Assembly: GCA_041399155.1 (NCBI GenBank)
Contig: JAWKTI010000007.1
Span: 142,287-206,286, forward strand
Direction: 5' to 3'
DNA from: Zavarzinella sp.
Lineage (GTDB): Bacteria; Planctomycetota; Planctomycetia; Gemmatales; Gemmataceae
DNA length: 64,000 bases
This document shows, piece after piece, positions 37,813 through 47,103 of the stretch. Positions within the stretch are counted from its first letter, which is position 1. Each line of letters opens with the position of its first letter. A model generated the notes under the pieces. That model was given only the letters and a program-made list of their open reading frames with translations, ran no database searches and was not told where the DNA came from. The translations under genes were made by a program, and so were the position numbers.

Positions 37813-39488
37813 GCATCAACCTCCGAATAATCCAAGTTTAATACTCGATCACACCGATCCAGAATTTCCTGATTTCGCGTCACCACAACCAGGGTCCAGG
37901 GGGCGTTTTCTGCAAATAGCGTTTCCAGCAGGCGGGGGCATTCTTCCAGATCCAACCGATCAAGCACCCCATCCAGCACCAGCAGGCGGGGGCCAGCAAC
38001 GATCGCTCGAGCGATACACAACCGCATCGCTTCCGTTTCCGAAAGTGGGCGTCCATTCGGCATCAATCTGGTTTGCAGGCCATCTTCCAGATGATTGACA
38101 ATATTCAGAATACCCGCACGGTCCAGGGCTTCGGAAATCTGCTCTACTGTCAGCGCTTCTCGCCGAAGCAGGATATTGTCGTACACAGTACCGTTAATAA
38201 TCTCCAGTTCGTGCACCACCGATACCTGCTGCCGGACACTTTCCAGTTGAAGTTCTTTCAGCGATACCCCATCTAATGATACCACACCGCTGGTGGGTTC
38301 TTTGAAACCGGAAAAGAAATCGAGCAGCACTGATTTACCCACCCCTGCCGAGCCCACCAGAGCAATTTTTTCACCGGAACGGATTGTGAAGTTCGGGAAA
38401 AACTTGGTTTGATTATAAATTCTGAAGGTGGCATCCTGCACTTTGATGCTGATCCCCACGGGCCGTGCAGGCAGTGGGGCACCAGTATCCCGTTCGGTGG
38501 GCAGATCATCGATCACACCCAGCTTTTCCACACCCGTGAACAGATCATACCAGCTATCGAGATATTTGTAGATCTTCAACAGCGAGTTCACCACCATCGC
38601 AATAATCAGTTCGCTGGCGATTAGCTGGCCGATGGTCAGTTCCTGTTTCGTTACCAGCCAGCCACCAAGACCCAGCAGCAGCACGTTGGCGACGATCTGG
38701 ATCAGCACTGCAAAACTGAATTGCCGAAAGACGATTGAAAAGTGGGCTTTGCGGGCAATCACATATTCATGGGCAAGGTGGTCCGCCCGATTGACCGCAA
38801 TCACCGGCCCACCCGCCGTGCGGATGGTACGTGGGATGCGGGCTAGTTCCTGCAGCCATTCCGCCACTTCATATTTCACATGGGATTCTTCGATACTCGT
38901 CTTCACCCCACCACGACCTAGAAGAATCAGCAAAATCAGGCAGACAATCAGACCGACGTCGAAGGCCAGCAGTAATGGGTGATAAAATGCCAGTACGGTC
39001 AGGCCGACGATAATGATCAGCACCAGTTCAATACCGTCCAGCAACAGAGTCGCCATCGATTTCTGCACTTTCTGCACATCAAAGAACCGGTTGATCAGTG
39101 CGGGTCCGTATTCATGGTTAAACTCTGTCATCTGAACACGTGGGATCAAACGCGAAAAGCGCTCCACCACCCGAACAAAGATTCGTCGCTGCAGAATTTC
39201 AATGACATAAACTTCCGCAACTCGAATCAGACCAGAGAGAAACATAAAGCCAAACAGGGCCACTGCCAGCCAGATAATCGGCCAGAGCAGCACGCCAAAC
39301 ATGACGGTGCTGACCATCGCCTCCACGGCAATCGGTGTGGCCAGCGATAAGATTGCCACTAATAGCGCGAATGTGACGATCAGATAAATATCAGAACGAT
39401 CGACCAGAATCAGTTGCCTGATTCGGTACCACGGTCGGAATTGATAACCATGGCCGTGCGTACCTTTATTATCGGCGTGGGAACTCAT
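37809..39488 (-). CDS. ABC exporter (fused TMD-NBD, type I secretion style) with a non-canonical NBD
   Basis: A six-helix TMD followed by Walker A GSAGVGKS. The signature is LSETEAMRL (not LSGGQ), Walker B is LLVLDGVLD (no DE), and the H-loop position reads VVVTRN. Confidence 0.88.
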   Translation of the reverse strand: MSSHADNKGTHGHGYQFRPWYRIRQLILVDRSDIYLIVTFALLVAILSLATPIAVEAMVSTVMFGVLLWPIIWLAVALFGFMFLSGLIRVAEVYVIEILQRRIFVRVVERFSRLIPRVQMTEFNHEYGPALINRFFDVQKVQKSMATLLLDGIELVLIIIVGLTVLAFYHPLLLAFDVGLIVCLILLILLGRGGVKTSIEESHVKYEVAEWLQELARIPRTIRTAGGPVIAVNRADHLAHEYVIARKAHFSIVFRQFSFAVLIQIVANVLLLGLGGWLVTKQELTIGQLIASELIIAMVVNSLLKIYKYLDSWYDLFTGVEKLGVIDDLPTERDTGAPLPARPVGISIKVQDATFRIYNQTKFFPNFTIRSGEKIALVGSAGVGKSVLLDFFSGFKEPTSGVVSLDGVSLKELQLESVRQQVSVVHELEIINGTVYDNILLRREALTVEQISEALDRAGILNIVNHLEDGLQTRLMPNGRPLSETEAMRLCIARAIVAGPRLLVLDGVLDRLDLEECPRLLETLFAENAPWTLVVVTRNQEILDRCDRVLNLDYSEVDA

Positions 39489-39725
39489 TATTTTTTCACC
39501 ATTTCGTGGACTCTTCTCATAAAAATGAATACCGCATGGAGGCTACCGGCAGATTTATAGACTCAACCACCTGCTTGGATACAGCCCACAGCAAATGGTT
39601 TCAAGGATTTTTGCATTTTGTGGGGAAAAGATGATATTTCTCTCACCTTCGTGAGGAAAGCTGTACTAACCTGTTATACTTTGTAATATACTAGAATACC
39701 TAGACTTACTCTTTGTGGTTGATTC

Positions 39726-40397
39726 ATGGTTCGGTTTGAACGATCTCAATTCCGCACGCAGGCAGCAAAACTACTCGACCAGCAATTGTGGTGCTGGGGG
39801 CGGGATATTCTGCACCCAAAAGGCAATCTGCTGCTCGATCTGGGGATGTGCCGCTATCGTGATGCCAATCATCAGAAAGATGGCACCATGTACTCTGCCT
39901 CCACTAACGAGGGCAACATCGTCTGGCTGTGGGGTTTTGGCATCATGTGCTGTTCCCCACAAGGGGATGGGGTCTTTCTGCAACGGTCACGATTTGAGCC
40001 GAAACGGTTGCGGCACCGCCCACCAAGACCCGTGCACTACTGGCACGACCTGCCATTAATACAGAAAACTGCTACCCGCACAGAAACAAATCAGATGCAG
40101 GCCATGCTAAAGCAGCTTTTTTTGTGGATCAGCCAGTACGAACACTGGATTGCTGAAACCCAGGGGGTGAGCTATCGCCAGTCCACCATTGAAGCCGCCC
40201 CCAAAAAATATCAGGTGCCTGGTGCCAAATTGGCCTGGCAGTGGTCGCAACTAGCAAAGAAACTGCATCGTTTGAACACCAGCGATTTACCTGCACATGG
40301 TGTCTGGGCAACCGCAATTCAGACAGTCGCTTCTCCCACACCAGCACCAGCGGTGCGGTATCACCAACTCATTCATAAAGGAACTTTTCGCCGATGA
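39726..40397 (+). CDS. Hypothetical protein, translationally coupled to the COG0523 GTPase gene
   Basis: A 223-aa ORF with no recognised domain. Its stop overlaps the next start (ATGA at 40394-40397). Confidence 0.5.
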   Translation: MVRFERSQFRTQAAKLLDQQLWCWGRDILHPKGNLLLDLGMCRYRDANHQKDGTMYSASTNEGNIVWLWGFGIMCCSPQGDGVFLQRSRFEPKRLRHRPPRPVHYWHDLPLIQKTATRTETNQMQAMLKQLFLWISQYEHWIAETQGVSYRQSTIEAAPKKYQVPGAKLAWQWSQLAKKLHRLNTSDLPAHGVWATAIQTVASPTPAPAVRYHQLIHKGTFRR

Positions 40398-41134
40398 TCG
40401 CTGATTCTCCAACTGATACCCGGCTGCCCGTTACCGTGCTTTCCGGTTTTCTGGGTGCTGGCAAAACAACTGTCCTGAACCACGTGCTGCACAATCGGGC
40501 AGGCATGAAGGTGGCGGTGATTGTCAACGATATGTCCGAAATCAACATTGATGGTTCACTGGTCAAGAATGGCCAGGCAGCACTGTCCCGCACCGAAGAG
40601 CAGTTGGTGGAGATGCAGAACGGTTGTATCTGTTGCACACTGCGGGAAGATCTGCTGAAAGAAGTGGCTCGACTGGCAGAGGAAAAACGGTTCGATTACC
40701 TGTTGATCGAATCTACCGGGATCAGCGAACCACTTCCCGTGGCAGAAACGTTCACTTTTGAACATGAAGACGGCTATAGTCTATCCCAACTGGCCCGCCT
40801 GGATACGATGGTGACGGTGGTGGATGCCCTGAACTTTCTGGAAGATTACCAGTCCTCCGATTCATTACAGGAACGCGGGCAGTCGATGGGCGAAGAGGAT
40901 GATCGGGATCTCGTGAATCTGCTGGTCGATCAGATCGAATTTGCCAATGTCATCCTCATTAACAAAGTGGATCTCATCAATCAGACGCAACTGGAACTGA
41001 TTCAATCGATTCTGAAATCGCTGAACCCATCAGCCCATCTTATCCCAACCTCACGTGGGCAGATTGAACTGGGCAATGTGCTGGGAACCGGCTTATTCGA
41101 TATGGAAAAGGCTTCCGCCGCACCAGGGTGGCTA
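40394..41134 (+). pseudogene. COG0523 (CobW/ZigA/YeiR-type) metallochaperone GTPase, 5' fragment, interrupted by IS630
   Basis: [17 protein letters not shown] (P-loop), [12 protein letters not shown] (CxCC metal motif), [15 protein letters not shown] and NKVDL. The native reading ends at ...APGWL (codon CTA at 41132-41134) where the IS begins. Confidence 0.85.
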
Positions 41135-42353
41135 GTGCTTTGTCACATCTAAAAAGTCGGATTGGCAATTCCAGTCAAATCTGCGATACTGCATGGTACA
41201 AGGAGTTTGCCATGCGGAAGTTGTATATCATTCGACTGACAAAGCAAGAACGAGTCGAGCTTCAGAGTGTCGTCAAGAAGTTGAAGGGAACCGGGCAGAA
41301 AGTTCGACGTGCTCAGATTCTGCTGAAGGCAGATGCCGATGGTCCGAATTGGACTGATGAGCGTATTGCCGAGGCGTTTTCGTGTCGGACTAGAACCGTG
41401 GAACGGCTTCGCCAGCGGTTCGTCGAGCAAGGATTTGAAGAAACACTCAACCGAGCTAAACGTCAGCAACCACCCGTGGATAAGCTATTGACGGGCGACC
41501 AAGAGGCCCGCATCATCGCGACTCGGCTTGGGCCGCCTCCGAAAGGCTACAACAACTGGACGCTTCGGTTGCTGGCACGCAAGGTCGTGGAGTTGGAAAT
41601 CGTGGAGTCGGTGAGCTACGAAACGGTCCGACGCACGCTAAAAAAAATGGCATGACGAATCGGAAGATTGAATATTGGGTGATCCTCCGGAGGCGGACGC
41701 CGAGTTTGTCGCCCATATGGAAGATGTGCTGGAAACCTACGAAAAACCGTACGATCCGAACGTGCCGGTCCTGTGCATGGACGAACAACCGGTGCAGTTG
41801 TTGAAAGAAACACGCGTTCCTATTCCCGCCACGGCCCAACATGCCAAGCGGGTTGACTACGAATACGAACGAGCGGGCACGGCGGCTATCTTCATGTTTA
41901 CCGAACCGCTGGTCGGTTGGCGTGAAGTCTCCGTTCGCGAACGGAGGACGAAGATTGACTGGGCCATCGAAATGGCTCGGTTGTTGGAGGGTCGCTATGC
42001 GTCATGTGCCAAAGTGATCGTGGTGTGTGACAACCTCAACACCCACACCAAGGCGCGTTCTATGAAGCGTTTGAACCCGCGCGTGCGCGGACCTTGGTTC
42101 GACGGATCGAATTCTGCTACACACCCAAGCATGGAAGTTGGCTGAACATCGCAGAGAATGAACTGAGTTCGTTAACCCGCCAATGTGTCGCGGACCGTCG
42201 CTTTGAAGATGTTGCCACTTTGAGTGAAGAAACCGAGGCATGGTCGAACGATGTCAACACCACACAGCGTGGCGTTGACTGGCAAATGAAGATCGACGAA
42301 GCACGAACGAAATTAAAATCGGTTTACCCGACAATTAAGTCGTGACAGAGCAC
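41135..42353 (+). mobile_element. IS630-family insertion sequence, copy B (1219 bp), unrelated in sequence to copy A
   Basis: Inverted ends GTGCTTTGTCAC... (41135-) and ...GTGACAGAGCAC (-42353). TA lies at both junctions (41133-41134 and 42354-42355). Confidence 0.88.
41212..42345 (+). pseudogene. IS630-family transposase broken into three frames
   Basis: MRKLYIIRLTKQERVELQ... (HTH) stops after an A8 run (41640-41647). DEQPVQLLKE...VVCDNLNTHTK is in another frame, and RRIEFCYTPKHGSWLNIAENELS in a third. Frame changes are near 41640-41648, about 41685 and about 42051-42058. Confidence 0.8.
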
Positions 42354-42868
42354 TAGCAACCCTGCGTGGGGAAGAACAATCGGAAACCGATCAATACGGC
42401 ATCAGCAGTTTTGTCTACAGTGCCCGCAGGCCTTTCCATCCGGAACGCCTTTACCAGTTCATGACCAGTAAAGAGCATACCCGAAGTCTGTTACGTTCCA
42501 AAGGTTATTGCTGGATTGCCACCCGTCCGCAGTGGGTGGGGTTATGGTCGCACGCAGGCCGCGTGATGGAATTATCCCCACAGGCCATCTGGTGGGCAGA
42601 TGTTCCTCGTGATGAATGGCCCACCGATCCGGCGCATCGGGATTCGATTACGGAACATTTCATTGATGGAGTGGGTGATCGACGTCAGGAACTGGTCTTT
42701 ATTGGCTATAAGATGGAACCAAGTGCGGTTCAGGCCGCCCTCGACCGAGTGTTGTTGACGGATGATGAATTTGCGATGGGGCCGGAAGGCTGGCTCACAT
42801 TCAACGATCCTCTCCCACCGTGGCCTGAAAATGCCGACCAGGCCGAAGAAATGAGTGCAGACTCATAA
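42354..42868 (+). pseudogene. COG0523 GTPase, 3' fragment (CobW C-terminal domain)
   Basis: From 42356 the same reading frame continues ATLRGEEQSETDQYGISSFVYSARRPFHPERLYQFM...GYCWIATRPQW...QELVFIGYKM. Removing 41135-42355 rejoins ...PGWL-ATLRG... in frame. Confidence 0.85.
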
Positions 42869-42961
42869 ATGAGTTCTGGCTCATTGTTTAATCTTTTCTA
42901 AACTCTCCAGCTCGCAGGTAGAAAGTAAATCGCCAGTATGTGATTCTTGAGATGGGAGTAT

Positions 42962-43939
42962 TTACGGTACGGTGATCTGGTTGCGGATTTGACGCACACC
43001 TGGGGTCAGTCGGATCATCCCTTCAATCAGTCGACGTTCATCATCGTTGGCGGCACGTCCGGTCAGGAGAATTGCCCCGTTAGCTTCTTCAATGCGAATG
43101 CCTGCGGGATTGGAAATTGTGGTAGATCGTTGCAGCATGGCCTGTAAATCAGTAACAATCTGTGGGATCTGGGGCACTTTCGGGGTAAAGCGGAATGTGG
43201 CAGTGTAAGTGATGACGTTGGGGCCACCAGCCATTTGCGTTGAACCAGCACCGCCAACACCACCTGCACGTCCGCCACCCAGGCCACCTGTGGCTCCTCC
43301 GCCAAAACCAGTAGCCCCACCTGCGCCTCCAAAGCCCGTGCGGCCGGCACCTCCCCCACCTAATGCGTTGGTTCCACCAAATCCTGTGGTGCCACCCGTA
43401 CGTCCTCCACCAAAGCCGCCAGTGCCTCCCGTGGTGCCACCACCGAAGGAAACGGTGCCACCAGTACCTCCGCCTGTGCCACCACCAAAGCCTCCTGTGG
43501 TGCCTCCACCCCCAAAGCCTCCTGTGCCGCCTGTGGTACCACTGCTGCCAAATGAAGATTGGCCAAAACCTTCACCAGTGATGGCACGATTATTGTTGTT
43601 CTGTTCAATCGATTGGGCACCGGTTGCTGCACCTGGGGTCTGAATCTGAACACCCGGCCGTCCGGAATAAAGTGGGTTACTGTAAGTGGCAGCCAGAAAG
43701 TTCGTCGCGTTCGTGGTGCCGCCTCGTCCGGCAGTACCACCCTGACCTCCACCAAAACCACCACCCTGGCCGCCACCAAAACCTTGACCTCCACCTAATC
43801 CACCGCCCGCACCTCCAAATCCGGCACCTCCGCCTCCAAGGCCGCCTGCACCCCCGCCACCTGCACGTTGGGCATAAGTGGTGGTCGAGCAGATACCAAG
43901 TGCCAGGGTACTGATCACGAGCCAGCGATGCATTTTCAT
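42962..43939 (-). CDS. Secreted glycine-rich protein with a C-terminal BON domain
   Basis: Signal peptide MKMHRWLVISTLALGICSTTTYA, about 200 aa of GGxG/GGTGGFGGG repeats, then IVTDLQAMLQRSTTISNPAGIRIEEANGAILLTGRAANDDERRLIEGMIRLTPGVRQIRNQITV (BON-like). Confidence 0.75.
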   Translation of the reverse strand: MKMHRWLVISTLALGICSTTTYAQRAGGGGAGGLGGGGAGFGGAGGGLGGGQGFGGGQGGGFGGGQGGTAGRGGTTNATNFLAATYSNPLYSGRPGVQIQTPGAATGAQSIEQNNNNRAITGEGFGQSSFGSSGTTGGTGGFGGGGTTGGFGGGTGGGTGGTVSFGGGTTGGTGGFGGGRTGGTTGFGGTNALGGGGAGRTGFGGAGGATGFGGGATGGLGGGRAGGVGGAGSTQMAGGPNVITYTATFRFTPKVPQIPQIVTDLQAMLQRSTTISNPAGIRIEEANGAILLTGRAANDDERRLIEGMIRLTPGVRQIRNQITVP

Positions 43940-44145
43940 TTTTGGGGTCTCCGGTGCGGTTAAAGGTTACTCTAACAGAACTTTCTGAGAAAATGGGGAA
44001 AATTCTGCCACTTCTCCAATCGACACAATGGGAATGACTAGTTCAATCGAAATAATGAGAAAGTGATCAGAATGTGGCTGAATCGCTATTTTTTATAACA
44101 AGGCAATTATATTCCATTTTTATTATCTATCTCCGTCGGTGCGGC

Positions 44146-44174
44146 TTGACAGGAATCTGGTTCTCGCGTATCGC
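44146..44174 (+). promoter_or_regulatory. Sigma70-like promoter candidate upstream of bamA
   Basis: TTGACA (44146-44151), a 17-nt spacer, then TATCGC (44169-44174), 140 nt upstream of the bamA ATG. Sequence pattern only. Confidence 0.25.
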
Positions 44175-44313
44175 ACCCGAACTTCAACAAACAGGGAATA
44201 TTTTCCTACTGTTGTCGTAGAGGTGGGCTACGCACCTGGAACGGTTGATTCAACCGGACTTTGTTGTTGTAAGTACTGATAAATTAAGAACTTGTCATCT
44301 GTGGGGCTGGCTG

Positions 44314-46674
44314 ATGGTTCGCACTTGTTTCACCGTGATTGCTTTCGCTGGATTCATCGGACTGTGCCGTCCCGCCTTCGCTGCTTCTCCTATTGGAAAA
44401 GAAATTGCTGAAGTCGTGGTGAAGGAAAACCAGGTCCGCAGCACTGCCAGTATTCTCGAAGTATTTCGTGTAAGGCCTGGCCAGGCTTATACTTACGAAA
44501 CCATGCGGGAAGGGGTGCGGCGCCTGCACCAGACCGGCTGGTTTGCGGCAAACGGTATCGAAGAACGCACGGTCGAGTTGCCGGATCAGCGGATTCAGGT
44601 GATTCTGTATGTGAAAGAACTTCCCAACATGATCACCGATATTAAGTACCTTGGGGCAGACCACTTAAGTGTGAAAGAACTGGATGAACTGACCGGATTG
44701 CGACGTGGGATGGCGATGTCGCCCCAGCGAAACGATCAGGCACGGTTGAACATATTAAGAAAATATCAGGAAAAGGGTCGCTACCACGCCAGCGTAACGT
44801 TGCGGGAAGGAAACCGTGTTACGGATCAACGGGTGGTCTTTGATATTGTGGAAGGTCCAAAAATTAAAATCCGCGAAGTGGATTTCAAATTTCTAGGCCC
44901 CCACGAATCGGGCATTTCCAGTGGGATGCTGAGAAATCGCCTGACGATCTCCCGTGCCCGCATCGGTGGGCTGATTCAGGGGGAATACAACCCAGGCCAG
45001 ATTGAACATGATGCGGAACAATTGACCGAATACTACCACGGACTGGGTTATCTGGATGCCAAGGTGCGTGCCGAGCGGATGTTCTCTGATGACCACCGTT
45101 GGGTCGATGTGGTGTTCCACGTGGAAGAAGGCACCCGCTACAAAGTGGGCCAGGTCCGTGTGGTGGGCAACAAAGAATACTCTGAAAAGTTCCTGCTGGG
45201 TTACACCAACCTGCGTGGGGATGAGTTTTACGATCGAACAATTATCCGCAGCGATATTAACCGAATTAAGGACCTGTACGGCTACCAGGGCAGAGCAATC
45301 GCCATTCGCGAAGAATTTGTGGAAGCCCAGCCTGGTACAGGAGTGGTGAATGTGAATTATCAGGTAATGGAAGGCCCACCTTCCCGCGTGGGGCGAATGT
45401 ACGTCCGCGGGAATACAGTTACCAAGGATTCGATTATTCTGCGGGAATTGGCCGATGCTGGTATTCTGCCGGGTCAGGTGCTTTCCTATCCTGGTGTGCG
45501 AACTGCTGAAAACAATCTCCGCCGCACACAACTCTTTATGGATAATCCGATGGAAGGTGTGCAGCCCACCATCGAATTGCGTGATGCGATTGATAACCCC
45601 AACCTGAAAGATGTGTTTGTTACCGTGCGTGAAGCACAGACAGGCAGCTTCATGGTGGGTGGTGGCATTAACTCCGATGCGGGTATTACCGGTAGCGTGG
45701 TGTGGAACGAGCGAAACTTCGACCTGTTTCGTTTCCCCACCAGTATCGATGATATTACCAGCCTGCGGGCTTTCCGTGGGGGTGGCCAGGAATTTCGCCT
45801 CGAAGCTGTGCCTGGGAATATTTTCCAGCGCTATACCGCCAGTTGGCGCGACCCCAGGTTGTTTGATTCACCCTACAGCCTGAGTGTCAGCGGGTATTAC
45901 TTCAACCGTGGGTATAACGAATATGTAGAAGACCGACTGGGTGGACGCGTTACCTTAGGCCGCCGGTTGGATCAGTTCTGGTCGGCATCGCTATCCACTC
46001 GGGTGGAAGGTGTGACCGTTCGCGACCTGCCTTTCAACGCACCAATGGATATCAGGCGGGATGAAGGGTACAGTTTCCTGACGGGTGTTGGTGGGAACCT
46101 GCGACGCGATTCGCGGGACAATTATCTCCGCCCCACCTCGGGAAGTGTGCTGGATCTTAGCTACGAACAGGTATTCGGGGACTACCAGTTTCCGATTCTG
46201 ACAGGGGAATTCACGAACTTCTTTACCACATATGAACGCACCGACCGCACAGGTAAGCATGTGCTGGCCTTCCGCAGCCAGGCATCGTGGGCAGGTGATG
46301 ATACCCCCGTCTTCGAACGCTTCTACGGTGGTGGTTTCCGCAGCATCCGTGGTTTCCAGTTCCGTGGCGTGGGGCCGTTTGAAAATGGGTATAACGTCGG
46401 GGGCCAATTTGCCTTCATGAACAGTGCGGAATACCAAATCCCACTGGTACCCAGCGAAAGCCTGTACTTGGTAGGCTTTGTGGATTCTGGTGCAGTGGAG
46501 CGGAATTTCACCATCAACGATTACCGTCTCACGGCTGGGGTGGGTCTGCGGATCAGCATGCCACAACTGTTAGGACCGGTCCCACTGGCAATCGACTTCG
46601 GCTTCCCGATTGTGAAAGGCCAGAACGACCAGGAACAGATCTTCAGCTTCTGGTTTGGTGTGTTCGGACAGTAA
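44314..46674 (+). CDS. bamA: Outer membrane protein assembly factor BamA (Omp85 family)
   Basis: Signal MVRTCFTVIAFAGFIGLCRPAFA, five POTRA-like units (e.g. IREVDFKFLG, VGQVRVVGNKEYS, VGRMYVRGNTVTKDSIILREL), and a C-terminal beta-barrel ending ...FSFWFGVFGQ. Confidence 0.9.
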   Translation: MVRTCFTVIAFAGFIGLCRPAFAASPIGKEIAEVVVKENQVRSTASILEVFRVRPGQAYTYETMREGVRRLHQTGWFAANGIEERTVELPDQRIQVILYVKELPNMITDIKYLGADHLSVKELDELTGLRRGMAMSPQRNDQARLNILRKYQEKGRYHASVTLREGNRVTDQRVVFDIVEGPKIKIREVDFKFLGPHESGISSGMLRNRLTISRARIGGLIQGEYNPGQIEHDAEQLTEYYHGLGYLDAKVRAERMFSDDHRWVDVVFHVEEGTRYKVGQVRVVGNKEYSEKFLLGYTNLRGDEFYDRTIIRSDINRIKDLYGYQGRAIAIREEFVEAQPGTGVVNVNYQVMEGPPSRVGRMYVRGNTVTKDSIILRELADAGILPGQVLSYPGVRTAENNLRRTQLFMDNPMEGVQPTIELRDAIDNPNLKDVFVTVREAQTGSFMVGGGINSDAGITGSVVWNERNFDLFRFPTSIDDITSLRAFRGGGQEFRLEAVPGNIFQRYTASWRDPRLFDSPYSLSVSGYYFNRGYNEYVEDRLGGRVTLGRRLDQFWSASLSTRVEGVTVRDLPFNAPMDIRRDEGYSFLTGVGGNLRRDSRDNYLRPTSGSVLDLSYEQVFGDYQFPILTGEFTNFFTTYERTDRTGKHVLAFRSQASWAGDDTPVFERFYGGGFRSIRGFQFRGVGPFENGYNVGGQFAFMNSAEYQIPLVPSESLYLVGFVDSGAVERNFTINDYRLTAGVGLRISMPQLLGPVPLAIDFGFPIVKGQNDQEQIFSFWFGVFGQ

Positions 46675-46860
46675 TAAGAATATCAATTACCCTTACTACT
46701 CCATTTCAGTGCAAGCTCTTTCTGGACAGTTGCGAAAGGGTGGCACCTGCTTCCAGCTGGTGAACAAGAAAAAACTGCGGCAGGATGCTGCGGCCACTTT
46801 ACACAACATTCGTGGAAGATAATCTTACTTTTGTACACTATCATTCCTTAATGTTCTGTG

Positions 46861-47045
46861 GGGGGTGATATCAATTTTTACAAAAATTCACAAAAAAGTT
46901 TTCATTCGCGCAAATTCCTGTCAAAAAAGCACTTGTGGCAACCGGCTTTATGGGAAATACGTCCCAGCAAGAAAAAAATTGTCCAAATTGGATGAGTAGT
47001 GGATATATTAATATAACGTGGAAATAATTCCATGCTCGGTAATCG
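46861..47045 (-). repeat. Intergenic module, copy B (inverted relative to copy A)
   Basis: See 33880-34062. The six-frame track also shows it: AWNYFH.ILIYP...NFFVNFCK appears in the spurious ORFs 33190-34092(+) and 46871-47062(-). Confidence 0.75.
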
Positions 47046-47103
47046 TTTCGTGACGGCACCAAGTTGAAGCGAATTGCCTAATGATTTCGTCGAGTGAGGA
47101 CAG

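Noticed and set aside
43209-43643. Proline-rich 144-aa plus-strand ORF and other open frames in 43060-43915
   Set aside because: These are an artefact of the GGN-rich glycine repeat on the minus strand (NCC codons in antisense). The minus-strand protein has a signal peptide and a BON domain.
43200-43900. Possible tandem-repeat or CRISPR-like periodicity
   Set aside because: The repeats are short, degenerate, in-frame coding repeats (Gly-rich). There are no spacer-repeat alternation and no cas genes.
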